Shown here in pieces: positions 1 through 8,474 of a DNA stretch of 14,001 nucleotides. Under the pieces are notes generated by a model. It had not been told where the DNA came from, searched no databases, and saw nothing but the letters and a program-made list of their open reading frames with translations. The position numbers and the translations under genes are program-made. Every line of letters starts with the position of its first letter. Positions within the stretch are counted from its first letter, which is position 1. The stretch is from an uncultured Erysipelotrichaceae bacterium. Lineage in GTDB: Bacteria > Bacillota_I > Bacilli_A > RF39 > UBA660. Where the stretch lies: contig CADCRC010000024.1 of assembly GCA_902803795.1 (NCBI GenBank), positions 1 through 14,001 of the forward strand, in the 5' to 3' direction.

Positions 1-75
1 TTAAACCAATATATTGAAGAAGGAAAATTAGGGAAATCCTCTGGGGAAGGTTTTTATAAATACGACAAATCATAA
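1..75 (+). CDS. 3' end (partial) of a 3-hydroxyacyl-CoA / 3-hydroxybutyryl-CoA dehydrogenase gene
   Basis: Frame 1 reads LNQYIEEGKLGKSSGEGFYKYDKS* and ends at TAA 73-75. The GKK(S/T)GxGFYxY tail is characteristic of the Hbd/FadB C-terminal domain. The gene is truncated by the window start. Confidence 0.5.
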   Translation, partial: LNQYIEEGKLGKSSGEGFYKYDKS

Positions 76-193
76 TCATTTGCAAATATCAAAAAGTATG
101 TTATATTTTATTTAGCAATTGAGTCAATCTCAATTCATAGATTTTGCCCATTTTTCGCAAACACGTTAAATCGAGGCCCTACATTGAATATTC

Positions 194-220
194 ATCGAGC
201 TTTTATAGTTCGATTTTTTT
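194..220 (+). terminator. Rho-independent terminator candidate downstream of the hbd-like gene
   Basis: Stem atcgagc (194-200) pairs with gttcgat (208-214); there is one G-U wobble. The loop is ttttata and the T-run TTTTTTT lies at 214-220. It sits inside a locally GC-richer island (cgaggccct) in an otherwise AT-rich spacer. Confidence 0.4.
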
Positions 221-291
221 GTTAAATTTATATTTTAAAATATTAAAAACTTTCTATATTAAGTTTTTTAATTAAAACTACATAAAACTAA

Positions 292-1506
292 ATGACATTT
301 TTTAAGAAATTTGATACAATAAAAATGGTGATTAAAATGTTGAAGTTTAATTTTGACAAAGATGTAGATATAGAAAGTAATTTATCTAGAAAAGATTATA
401 TTATAAACAAATTTAATACATGTGAAATGATAGGATGGAATAATCCAATAGAAGATGAAATAGTAGAAGATATACTAAAGACATCTAAAAAAATAAAAAA
501 GAATTCAGAATGTTTAGTTGTATTAGGTATAGGTGGATCATATTTAGGAAGTAAAAGTCTTAATGAATTATTTAAATCATATTACACAAGTAATTATGAA
601 ATTGTATACTTAGGTAATACTTTATCAACTGATTATATTAATGAAACATTAGATTATTTAAAAGACAAAGATTTCACATTAAATGTTATATCAAAAAGTG
701 GGTCAACATTAGAAATAAAATTATTATTTGATATAATGATTAAGTATATGAAAAACAAATATAAAAAAGAAGAATTAAAAGATAGAATAATTATAACAAC
801 ATCACCAAATTCCAAACTTCATGAAATGGCAAAAGAAAATAGTTATAAAACTTTTTTTATACCAAATAATATTGGAGGAAGATTTTCTTTAATAACACCA
901 GCTCATTTATTACCACTATCATTAAATATAGATATAAAAGAATTGATTCGTGGTTATAATGATGGAAAAAAATATAAAAATCAAGCATATAAATATGCAT
1001 GTATTAGAAATAAACTCTTCTTAGAAAATAAATATATTGAAAATTTTTGCTTTTATAATGACAAATTCATATATTTTGGAGAGTTTTTAAAACAATTATT
1101 TGCAGAAACAGAAGGGAAAGATAGTACAGGTGTTTTCCCAATCTATTCTATATATACTAGAGACCTACACTCAATAGGGCAATTTATACAAGAAGGGAAC
1201 AAAATAATATTTGAAACAACAATACAAGTTGATTATAAAACAAAATATAAATATAAAGACTCAACAATAAATGAAATTAATGATAAAATAAATCAATCAG
1301 TAATAAAAGCACATAAAAATGGTAATGTATACCAAAATGTTATAATATTAAGTAAATTAAACGAATATAACATAGGAGAATTAGTATATTTCTTTATGTT
1401 ATCTGTTAGTTATTCAGCCCTAACATTTGGTGTTAATCCATTTAATCAAGATGGAGTAGAGGAATATAAAAAAATATCTAAAGAAAAACTAGAAAAAATA
1501 ATATAG
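292..1506 (+). CDS. pgi: Glucose-6-phosphate isomerase (Bacillus-type PGI)
   Basis: ORF of 404 aa. It carries the PGI signature LVVLGIGGSYLGSKSL and a C-terminus (GVNPFNQDGVEEYKK) typical of Firmicutes Pgi. An in-frame TAA at 289-291 rules out an N-terminal extension. It is somewhat shorter than the usual ~450 aa. Confidence 0.88.
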   Translation: MTFFKKFDTIKMVIKMLKFNFDKDVDIESNLSRKDYIINKFNTCEMIGWNNPIEDEIVEDILKTSKKIKKNSECLVVLGIGGSYLGSKSLNELFKSYYTSNYEIVYLGNTLSTDYINETLDYLKDKDFTLNVISKSGSTLEIKLLFDIMIKYMKNKYKKEELKDRIIITTSPNSKLHEMAKENSYKTFFIPNNIGGRFSLITPAHLLPLSLNIDIKELIRGYNDGKKYKNQAYKYACIRNKLFLENKYIENFCFYNDKFIYFGEFLKQLFAETEGKDSTGVFPIYSIYTRDLHSIGQFIQEGNKIIFETTIQVDYKTKYKYKDSTINEINDKINQSVIKAHKNGNVYQNVIILSKLNEYNIGELVYFFMLSVSYSALTFGVNPFNQDGVEEYKKISKEKLEKII

Positions 1507-1522
1507 AAAGACAAGTGATTAC

Positions 1523-2242
1523 ATGATAAAGTCATTTTTTTGCAATTTTGACATATGCTTATTAGATAATGAAGATTCTATATCAATAAGAAAAATGCTA
1601 GAAATAGACAAATTAAAACAAAAAAACATTGAATTATTAGTAGAATCTAATTGTGAAATAAAAAACATATTAAGTTATAATAATGATTTTCCATTTTTAA
1701 ATTATATTTTCTTTTATGATGGAACAATTTTATATGACGTAAATCATGATAAAATAATAGAAGCATACAACATAGGAATAAATTCAATAAAAAAAATATT
1801 AAAAGTATTTAGTAATGATATATGTATATATACAAAAAATGATAAATATCATATGAAAAAAGAAAACATTGATGAAAACTATATAAGTAACTATAAAGAT
1901 GATATATATAAAATAGATATAAAATATAAAAACAAAAAAGATATAGATTTAAATAAATTAAAAGATATAAAAAATATAAAATATAAAATAAATGATAATA
2001 TATTAGAAATTACCAGTGATAAATCTAATAATATAAAATTATTAAATAAATATTGTAAATTAAAAAATATAAAAAAAGATGAAATATTTTATGTAGGATT
2101 AAACGATATAGAAATGATAAAAAAATTAGATAGTACATATTCTATAAAATGTAATAAAAAAGAATTAAAAAGTAATACATGCAAGACATTTAATGATATA
2201 ATAGAAGCAATAAATTACATAATAGAAAAACATAAATTATAA
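1523..2242 (+). CDS. HAD-superfamily (Cof-like, subfamily IIB) hydrolase homolog with degenerate catalytic motifs
   Basis: 239 aa. The N-terminus FFCNFDICLLDNEDSI resembles HAD motif I (hhhDxDGTLL), but the second Asp and the GT are replaced. The C-terminal YVGLNDIEMIKKLD resembles motif IV (GDGxNDxxM) with the GD lost. It starts 16 bp after pgi. Confidence 0.5.
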   Translation: MIKSFFCNFDICLLDNEDSISIRKMLEIDKLKQKNIELLVESNCEIKNILSYNNDFPFLNYIFFYDGTILYDVNHDKIIEAYNIGINSIKKILKVFSNDICIYTKNDKYHMKKENIDENYISNYKDDIYKIDIKYKNKKDIDLNKLKDIKNIKYKINDNILEITSDKSNNIKLLNKYCKLKNIKKDEIFYVGLNDIEMIKKLDSTYSIKCNKKELKSNTCKTFNDIIEAINYIIEKHKL

Positions 2243-2270
2243 ATAATATTATAAAAAGGAGTTGTAAAAA

Positions 2271-3500
2271 ATGAAAAAAAGAATAATACTACTAACTATT
2301 TTAATGACATTGTTAATACCAAAAATAGTAAATGGAAAAGAGTTAACATTAGAACAAATAAAAAATAATTATATAGAAATAAAATATAATGAATGTCTCG
2401 AAACAAAGCAATATCATGAAAGTATTGGAAAAGAATTTAATTCAGATTGTAATAAAAAAAATAATATAACAATAACTAATAATAAATTAGTAATAGTAGA
2501 ACAAGCAAAATTAAATAATGAAATGCAAAAAATAAAAATTACATATAGTTTAAATAAAAATATTTTATCAACAACATTTGAAGGAAATAACCCATTTTTT
2601 AGATTTTGTGATTTTAAAAAATTATTTATGGCAACACAACTTCTTCAAGGATATAGTGAAGATGAAATAAATATAATTTTACATAGTGAAAATATTGATG
2701 ATTATACTATTGAGAAAAATGGCTTTGAAATAAAAACAATAGGTACAAACGAGAATATGACTGGAGGATATGGAAAAATTGATATTTCAAAGAAAATTAA
2801 TATAGGAGATAAAAAAGAAAATACTGGAATATCAAAAAAAGATATAGAAAACTATAATGGAATTGACAGTCTAAAATCAGAATCAGAAAAAGATAATTTA
2901 GACATAGTTATAAATGGAGTAGCTATTTACAAAAGTTATAAAAATGGTAAATATATTTTATCAATAGGAGAACAAAACAAGTTAACAGATGCTTCATATA
3001 AAACATTAAAAGTAGTTAACTCAATCATATTTGATGAAGATAAAAGAGCAAATAAATATTTAGAAAAATACTATCCTAAAATTGGTGAAGATAAAAATTT
3101 TATAGGATATGAAATTGATATAAACCCAACTAATGAAAATCATTATTATAACCTATTTCCAGATTTTAAATTTATTGAAATAAGAATAGACAAAGCTAGA
3201 GCAAAAGAACAATTTTATAAAGTAAATGATAAAAAAGATAATCAAATTGGTAATTTTATACAAAAAAACAAATATATTTTTGTAGTAATAACAATATTAG
3301 TAGTAATAATATTAGGCATATTTATTCTATCAAAACTTGCAAAGAAAGATGCGTTTAAAGCAAATATTCAATCATCAAAAACAAACAAACCAACCATAGA
3401 AAACCAACAAATAAATAATCAAAATTATATACAAAAAACATCTATTGAGCAACCTAAACCAAACAATGAAACCAATCAAAATTTAAATAACAACAATTAA
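2271..3500 (+). CDS. Hypothetical cell-surface protein (Sec signal peptide plus C-terminal transmembrane anchor)
   Basis: 409 aa. The N-terminus MKKRIILLTILMTLLIPKIVNG is a typical signal peptide. A C-terminal hydrophobic helix (IFVVITILVVIILGIFILSKL) is followed by a K-rich stop-transfer sequence and an N/Q-rich low-complexity tail. A strong SD (aaaggag) lies 8 nt upstream. I recognised no domain. Confidence 0.7.
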   Translation: MKKRIILLTILMTLLIPKIVNGKELTLEQIKNNYIEIKYNECLETKQYHESIGKEFNSDCNKKNNITITNNKLVIVEQAKLNNEMQKIKITYSLNKNILSTTFEGNNPFFRFCDFKKLFMATQLLQGYSEDEINIILHSENIDDYTIEKNGFEIKTIGTNENMTGGYGKIDISKKINIGDKKENTGISKKDIENYNGIDSLKSESEKDNLDIVINGVAIYKSYKNGKYILSIGEQNKLTDASYKTLKVVNSIIFDEDKRANKYLEKYYPKIGEDKNFIGYEIDINPTNENHYYNLFPDFKFIEIRIDKARAKEQFYKVNDKKDNQIGNFIQKNKYIFVVITILVVIILGIFILSKLAKKDAFKANIQSSKTNKPTIENQQINNQNYIQKTSIEQPKPNNETNQNLNNNN

Positions 3501-3533
3501 ACAGAACTGTAAGATATGTTTAAAAAACAAAAG

Positions 3534-3580
3534 AAGAACTATTATAGAATTTAGAATCAATTATAATAGTTCTTTTAATT
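3534..3580 (+). terminator. Rho-independent terminator after the surface-protein gene
   Basis: A perfect 13-bp inverted repeat, aagaactattata (3534-3546) with tataatagttctt (3562-3574), encloses a 15-nt loop and is followed by a T-rich stretch (tttaatt). Confidence 0.5.
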
Positions 3581-3638
3581 ATATATAAAATCTTTTATTT
3601 TATCTTAATTTATAATATACTAATATTAGGTGATTAAA

Positions 3639-3962
3639 ATGAAATATATAGAAATAAAAACGAATATAGATGATTTAAATAAAGCAAAAATTATATCAAA
3701 TAGATTACTAGAAAAACATTTGATAGCCTCGTCAAATATAATTCAAGTAGAAAGCATTTATAACAGGAATAACAAACAACAAGAATATAAAGAATATATG
3801 ATAATAATGAAAACAACAATATATTTATACAAAAAAATAGAAGAAGAAATACTTAATTTACATACATATGAACTACCAGAAATATCATATCATGAAATAA
3901 CAGGACATGAAAAATATTTAAAATGGATAGATGATGAAACTAAACAAATAAAGGAGATTTAA
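3639..3962 (+). CDS. cutA: Divalent-cation tolerance protein CutA
   Basis: The protein MKYIEIKTNID...ASSNIIQVESIYNRNNK...LHTYELPEISYHEITGHEKYLKWI matches the CutA1 fold motifs (SIYxW/R, HPYE(V/L)PEI, YLxWl). The ATG at 3639 is preceded by the SD aggtga with 5 nt spacing. The ORF track's GTG at 3630 is less likely. Confidence 0.8.
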   Translation: MKYIEIKTNIDDLNKAKIISNRLLEKHLIASSNIIQVESIYNRNNKQQEYKEYMIIMKTTIYLYKKIEEEILNLHTYELPEISYHEITGHEKYLKWIDDETKQIKEI

Positions 3963-3965
3963 TAA

Positions 3966-5192
3966 ATGGAATTTTTAGAAATAGCAGAAAAAGAATATGA
4001 AAAATATTGGAATCAATCAAAATATAAAACATTTTTATCATCACCTAAAATAGGTAAACTAAGAAAACTAGAAGGATGGGATTATAAATTTGTAGGTGTT
4101 AAGGAAGAAAAAAAACTTCTTGTAGGAGCCCTTATTGTATTTAGAAAAACACATTTTAATAAAAAAGAATATTATATGCCAAGAGGACCACTACTGGATT
4201 TCAATGATATAAAATTAGTAGAATTCTTTTTTTATAATTTAAAAGATTATATTAAGAAAAATAATGGTTATAAATTAAGAATAGATCCATATATAATTAA
4301 TAAACAAAGAGATATAGATGGAAATATAGTAGAAGATGGAATAGACAATACTAAAATCAAAGAAGAATTATTTAAAATAGGATTTAAACAAATAGAAGAA
4401 GATAAAATGGAACAAGTAGGATGGATGTTTTGCCTAGATTTAAAAAACAAAACAAAAGACGAGATATTTAAAGAAATGTATCCTAGTTGTAGAAATACAA
4501 TAAGAAAAGCAGAAAAAATAGGAATTAACATCAACGAAATAGAATACAAAGAATTAGATAAATTTCAAGATATAATGGAAGAAACATCAAAAAGAAAAGG
4601 ATTTTCAAATAGAAAAATATCATATTACCAAAATATGTATAATTTATTTCATAAAGATAATGAAATTAAGTTCTTTATTAGTACACTTAATCTAACTAAA
4701 TATATAGAAAGACTAAACCAAGATATAAAAGAAAGACAAGATAAACTAGAAAGCTTAGGTAATGCAAAATACAATGATGGTCAGAAAAAAAATCTAAATC
4801 AAGAAATAGAATCAATTAATAAGAGAATAGAAGAAGCAAAAAAAATAAAAAAGGAAACAAACAAAGAAACAATAACATTATCAGGCTCAATGTTTATGTT
4901 AATAAAACCTGAAATAATATATTTATCTAGCGGAAATTATGAAGAATTTATGAAGTTTAATGCTCAATATTTAATTCAATGGGAACTTATAAAATATGGA
5001 ATAGAAAATGGATTTGATAGACATAACTTTTATGGAATTCCAGCAAACATAAATGAACATCCAAAGGATTATGGAATATATGAATTTAAAAGAGGATTTA
5101 ATGGATATGTAGAAGAATTAATAGGTGAATATGAGATGCCAATTAGCGGATATTATAATATTGAAAAAATAATTAGAAAGGTAAGGAATTAA
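3966..5192 (+). CDS. FemAB-family peptidoglycan interpeptide-bridge aminoacyltransferase (FemX/MurM-like)
   Basis: 408 aa. The N-terminal half aligns by eye with S. aureus FemA (WNQS..., GWDYKFVGVK, ALIVF, YYMPRGPLLDFND..LVEFFF..LKDYIKKNNGYKLRIDPYI). A coiled-coil insertion (res ~245-300) is typical of FemA/FemX. It starts 3 nt after cutA. Confidence 0.85.
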   Translation: MEFLEIAEKEYEKYWNQSKYKTFLSSPKIGKLRKLEGWDYKFVGVKEEKKLLVGALIVFRKTHFNKKEYYMPRGPLLDFNDIKLVEFFFYNLKDYIKKNNGYKLRIDPYIINKQRDIDGNIVEDGIDNTKIKEELFKIGFKQIEEDKMEQVGWMFCLDLKNKTKDEIFKEMYPSCRNTIRKAEKIGININEIEYKELDKFQDIMEETSKRKGFSNRKISYYQNMYNLFHKDNEIKFFISTLNLTKYIERLNQDIKERQDKLESLGNAKYNDGQKKNLNQEIESINKRIEEAKKIKKETNKETITLSGSMFMLIKPEIIYLSSGNYEEFMKFNAQYLIQWELIKYGIENGFDRHNFYGIPANINEHPKDYGIYEFKRGFNGYVEELIGEYEMPISGYYNIEKIIRKVRN

Positions 5193-5193
5193 T

Positions 5194-5757
5194 ATGTATG
5201 ATTATATAGAAGGAACAATTAAAAGTCTTAAATCAAATTCAATAGTACTAGATAACAATGGAATTGGTTACTTAATATTTGTAGCTAATCCATATTACTA
5301 TGAACAAGGTAAAAAATATAAAGTATATGTATTTCAGCAACTAAGAGAAGATGAAAATAGTTTATATGGATTTAGTTCATCAAGCGATAAAGATTTTTTT
5401 CTAAAATTGATATCAGTAAAAGGATTAGGTCCAAAAATGACAATGCCACTATTTGCTACAGGACAAACTCAAAATATAATGGACGCAATTGAAAGAGAAA
5501 ATATTTTATATTTAATGAAATTTCCAAAAATAGGACAAAAACTAGCTAAACAAATTGTATTAGATTTAAAAGGAAAACTTGAAACAATAGGAGTTGGAAC
5601 AAGTGACGATGAAATGCAAACACAAAAAGAACTTGAAAGCGTACTTATAGGTTTAGGATACAAAGAAAAAGATATTATACCAGTTATTGCTAAAGTAAAT
5701 ACAAGTCTTAAAATAGAAGATCAAGTAAAAGATGCATTAAAATTAATGTTAAGATAA
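5194..5757 (+). CDS. ruvA: Holliday junction branch-migration complex subunit RuvA
   Basis: 187 aa. MYDYIEGTI...NGIGYLIF...LYGFSSSSDKDFFLKLISVKGLGPKMTMPLF...LMKFPKIGQKLAKQIVLDLKGKL shows the OB domain, the HhH pair and the C-terminal RuvB-binding domain of RuvA. It starts 1 nt after the femX-like stop. Confidence 0.9.
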   Translation: MYDYIEGTIKSLKSNSIVLDNNGIGYLIFVANPYYYEQGKKYKVYVFQQLREDENSLYGFSSSSDKDFFLKLISVKGLGPKMTMPLFATGQTQNIMDAIERENILYLMKFPKIGQKLAKQIVLDLKGKLETIGVGTSDDEMQTQKELESVLIGLGYKEKDIIPVIAKVNTSLKIEDQVKDALKLMLR

Positions 5758-5791
5758 AAAAGATGTATTTACACATTAATTACATCTTTTA
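5758..5791. terminator. Bidirectional rho-independent terminator between convergent ruvA and nifU-like genes
   Basis: Perfect 10-bp arms, aaaagatgta (5758-5767) and tacatctttt (5781-5790), enclose a 13-nt loop. An A-tract lies on one side and a T-tract on the other, so it can terminate both strands. The 3' arm overlaps the last codons of the nifU-like ORF. Confidence 0.5.
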
Positions 5792-6017
5792 TCTCAGGAA
5801 TTTCATTTAAAAACAATTCTTTTATTCCATCATTTAAAGTAAAATCAATTAAACTACAATTCTGACATGCACCAGTAAGTCTAATATATAAAATGTTATC
5901 TTCGTATTTAACAAATTCAACATTACCACCATCATTAATTAAAAATGGTCTTATTTTATCTAAAACAGTATGTATTTTAACTATAATATCTTCTTCCATA
6001 AAATCACCAAAATACAT
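5769..6017 (-). CDS. NifU-like (Nfu-type) Fe-S cluster assembly domain protein
   Basis: 82 aa. ...IRPFLINDGGNVEFVKYEDNILYIRLTGACQNCSLIDFTL... is the Nfu/NifU C-terminal domain signature (GGDVEL..., GAC.GC). The true start may be the second ATG (minus-strand codon at 5997-5999, MEEDIIVK), which has a GGTGA SD 4 nt upstream. That would give 76 aa. Confidence 0.8.
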   Translation of the reverse strand: MYFGDFMEEDIIVKIHTVLDKIRPFLINDGGNVEFVKYEDNILYIRLTGACQNCSLIDFTLNDGIKELFLNEIPEIKDVINV

Positions 6018-6122
6018 TATATCATTTTATGAGAATTAATCAAATCAAATAATTGATAAAATTTATAAATATATTTACAAAAAAATAATTTATGATAAAA
6101 TTAATAATAGAGGTGGATATGG

Positions 6123-7109
6123 ATGCAGTCGATATTAACTTATGGCAGTTATTTTGGAGTAAATATGTACCAAATAAACTTTATATATGACTCAAAAGAA
6201 TATGATATAGACAGAGAAAACACATATAGAGTATTTAAAAACTATATTATTCCAAAATATGGTATGAATTCACAAAGACAAGAACTTCATAAAGAAGTAA
6301 TACAACCATACCTCGTAGATAAAAAAGGTAATATTATTAATACACAAAACTATTATAATAGTGGAATAATAGGAGGATGTAATATACCTGAAGATATTCT
6401 ATACAAGTTTATAAAAGAACTAATAGATGATTATAATATACCAATTACAATTGTTGGCACAAGATACTATATATATGATAACAAAGCAATAGATAAAAGT
6501 GTTAGTTATTTAAGAATAAAAGCTAATTTATACGAAGAAGAAGAATTATATAAATTAGAATTTATATATTCAACAATTAGACAACAAGATTATATAAATA
6601 AAAGAATAAAAGAGATTAAATATAATAATATTAAAACAAATATTAAAAATAATGTAGTAGAAAGTATTGAATTTGATAAGAAAAATGATAAAATACTAAA
6701 TGAGTTAGTAAAAGTAGATGGAATCATAATAAATAATGGAGGTATAATTATGAAGGAAAAAAATATTTTCGAAGGAGCACCAGTTATTTCTGCAGACAAT
6801 GAAAAAGAAATAAAAGTAGAAAAAGAAGAAAAAAACAATTATAAAAATCTTACAACAGAAAAATTAAAAGAATTATCAAGTGAAGAATTAAAAAAATTAT
6901 CACAAGATATAGCAAACAAATTAGAAGAAAAGAGAAAACAATTAAAAGATATAAAAGGACGTGTAGTTGTATCTGAACAAGAATTAGAAAATTTAAGTAA
7001 TGATTTTGAAAGAAAGCTTAGAGAAGATATAATGAAAACAAATGAAAAAATAGAAAAAGCAAAAGAAGAAAAAGAAGCACTTGATGTAGCAATAGGAATA
7101 AGGAAATAA
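6123..7109 (+). CDS. Hypothetical cytoplasmic protein with a C-terminal K/E-rich coiled coil
   Basis: 328 aa. An SD aggtgg lies 5 nt upstream. The N-terminal ~210 aa is a Tyr/Ile-rich domain I could not assign. The C-terminal ~100 aa is a charged heptad-like coiled coil (EKLKELSSEELKKLSQDIANKLEEKRKQLKDIKG...). No transmembrane segment. It is followed 3 nt later by the SPFH gene. Confidence 0.7.
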   Translation: MQSILTYGSYFGVNMYQINFIYDSKEYDIDRENTYRVFKNYIIPKYGMNSQRQELHKEVIQPYLVDKKGNIINTQNYYNSGIIGGCNIPEDILYKFIKELIDDYNIPITIVGTRYYIYDNKAIDKSVSYLRIKANLYEEEELYKLEFIYSTIRQQDYINKRIKEIKYNNIKTNIKNNVVESIEFDKKNDKILNELVKVDGIIINNGGIIMKEKNIFEGAPVISADNEKEIKVEKEEKNNYKNLTTEKLKELSSEELKKLSQDIANKLEEKRKQLKDIKGRVVVSEQELENLSNDFERKLREDIMKTNEKIEKAKEEKEALDVAIGIRK

Positions 7110-7112
7110 TAT

Positions 7113-7901
7113 ATGGAATCATTAATAATAGTATTAATTATAATAATTGCTTTTATCTTAATAGGATCAATAAAACAGGTAAATCAATTTGAAAAAGGAA
7201 TATTATTTACATTTGGTAAATATTCTAAAACATTAGATGCAGGATGGCATATAATATTACCAATATTTCAATCACTTATTAAAATAGATGTAAGAACTAG
7301 AGCAGTTGATGTTCCAGAACAAGATGCAATAACAAAAGACAATATTTCAGTAAGAATAAATGCAGTATTATATTATAATGTTTTTGATGCATCTAAAACA
7401 GTACTTGCAGTAGATAATTTCAAATATGCAACAGCACAACTTGCACAAACAACTATGAGAAATGCAGTTGGATCTGTTACATTAGATGAACTTTTGAGTG
7501 AAAGAGAAAAAATATCTAATCAAATATGTCAAATAATTGATAAAGCAACTGATCCATGGGGTATAAAAGTAGAAAATGTTGAATTAAAAGATGTAGCATT
7601 ACCAGAAGAAATGAAAAGAGTTATTGCTAAAGTAGCAGAAGCTGAAAGAGAAAAAGCTGCAGTAATTACTAAAGCAAAAGGTGAAAAAGAAGCAGCAGAT
7701 AATTTAGCAGAAGCATCAAAAATAATGAGTTCTTCACCAGGAGCATTGCATTTAAGAACTTTAGCAACCCTAAATGATTTATCAAGTGATCAATCAAATA
7801 CAATCATTTTTGCTATACCTATTGAAGTATTAGATGCGGTAAAAGGAATTGGAAAAGTAATTGATTCAAAGGTACAACAAACACAAGACAAAAAAGACTA
7901 A
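7113..7901 (+). CDS. SPFH/Band-7 domain protein (stomatin/slipin-like, QmcA-type)
   Basis: 262 aa. It has an N-terminal membrane anchor (LIIVLIIIIAFILIG) and then the SPFH core (VPEQDAITKDNISVRINAVLYYNVFDASKTVLAVDNFKYATAQLAQTTMRNAVGSVTLDELLSEREKIS...DPWGIKVENVELKDV). An A/E-rich coiled coil (RVIAKVAEAEREKAAVITKAKGEKEAA) follows. Confidence 0.9.
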   Translation: MESLIIVLIIIIAFILIGSIKQVNQFEKGILFTFGKYSKTLDAGWHIILPIFQSLIKIDVRTRAVDVPEQDAITKDNISVRINAVLYYNVFDASKTVLAVDNFKYATAQLAQTTMRNAVGSVTLDELLSEREKISNQICQIIDKATDPWGIKVENVELKDVALPEEMKRVIAKVAEAEREKAAVITKAKGEKEAADNLAEASKIMSSSPGALHLRTLATLNDLSSDQSNTIIFAIPIEVLDAVKGIGKVIDSKVQQTQDKKD

Positions 7902-7912
7902 CATAAAAGCGG

Positions 7913-8452
7913 GTGATATACTTGAGGCGCAATAGTCTACTATTAATAATTTTAATTTGTATATTAGTAATAATCTCATTATTTGGACTAATGCAATATG
8001 AAAAAGTAAAAAATGCACAAACAACCATGTCAAGTGAATATTCAAATCTTGAAACAGTTATTAATCAAAGATCTAAATTAACTACTAAATTATCAGAAAT
8101 ATGTGAAAAATATATGATTGATAGAAACAATTTAATTAAAGAATTAGCTTTATCAAGAAAGAACATTGATAAAGCAAAAAATATTAATCAACTATCTGAT
8201 AGTAATAGTAAGATGAATAGAATATTAAAAATGATATATGAAGTATCAATATATTATCCAAATTTAACATCTGACATGTCATATGAAGGTATAAAACATG
8301 AACTTAATGAAGCAAATAAAAGAATAGAAGATGCTATAAAAGATTATAATTCTTCAATTTCAGAATATAATAAATTACTAAATGCATTTCCAACAAGTCT
8401 AATTAAAATTATAGCAAAATATAAAGAAAAAACATATTTTGAAAACAAGTAG
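7913..8452 (+). CDS. lemA: LemA-family membrane protein
   Basis: It has one N-terminal transmembrane helix and then the LemA pattern (YN.LET.INQRS.L...YPNLTSDMSYEGIKHELNEANKRIEDAIKDYNSSISEYNKLLNAFPTSLIKIIAKYKEKTYFE). The track start is the GTG at 7913. The TTG at 7922, preceded by a GGGTGA SD, is an equally plausible start. Confidence 0.8.
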   Translation: MIYLRRNSLLLIILICILVIISLFGLMQYEKVKNAQTTMSSEYSNLETVINQRSKLTTKLSEICEKYMIDRNNLIKELALSRKNIDKAKNINQLSDSNSKMNRILKMIYEVSIYYPNLTSDMSYEGIKHELNEANKRIEDAIKDYNSSISEYNKLLNAFPTSLIKIIAKYKEKTYFENK

Positions 8453-8470
8453 GATAATTCCTACTTTTTA
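8447..8470 (+). terminator. Rho-independent terminator of the SPFH-LemA operon
   Basis: 8-bp stem aagtagga (8447-8454) pairs with tcctactt (8459-8466) around the loop taat, followed by a T5 run. The hairpin overlaps the TAG stop of lemA. Confidence 0.5.
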
Positions 8471-8474
8471 TATT

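Noticed and set aside
3630-3638. GTG start for cutA as given by the ORF track (adds MIK)
   Set aside because: The SD aggtga (3628-3633) overlaps this GTG and is ideally spaced for the ATG at 3639. CutA homologs start near MKYIEI. The extended start is therefore unlikely.
4268-4549. Antisense ORFs nested inside larger genes (4268-4549, 5469-5663, 6590-6838, 7819-8028, 10977-11177, 11193-11396, 11881-12228, 12306-12539, 13548-13730, all minus strand)
   Set aside because: Each lies entirely within a longer, homology-supported ORF on the opposite strand. Each encodes Leu/Ile/Phe/Ser-rich low-complexity peptides typical of the reverse complement of AT-rich coding DNA, and none has an SD. I treat them as frame artifacts.
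6018-6122. Divergent promoter hexamers between the nifU-like gene and the 6123 gene (for example TTGATA near 6053)
   Set aside because: Several near-equivalent TATAAT-like and TTGxxx-like hexamers occur by chance in this ~90% AT spacer, and I could not single out a convincing -35/-10 pair with correct spacing. I did not annotate one.
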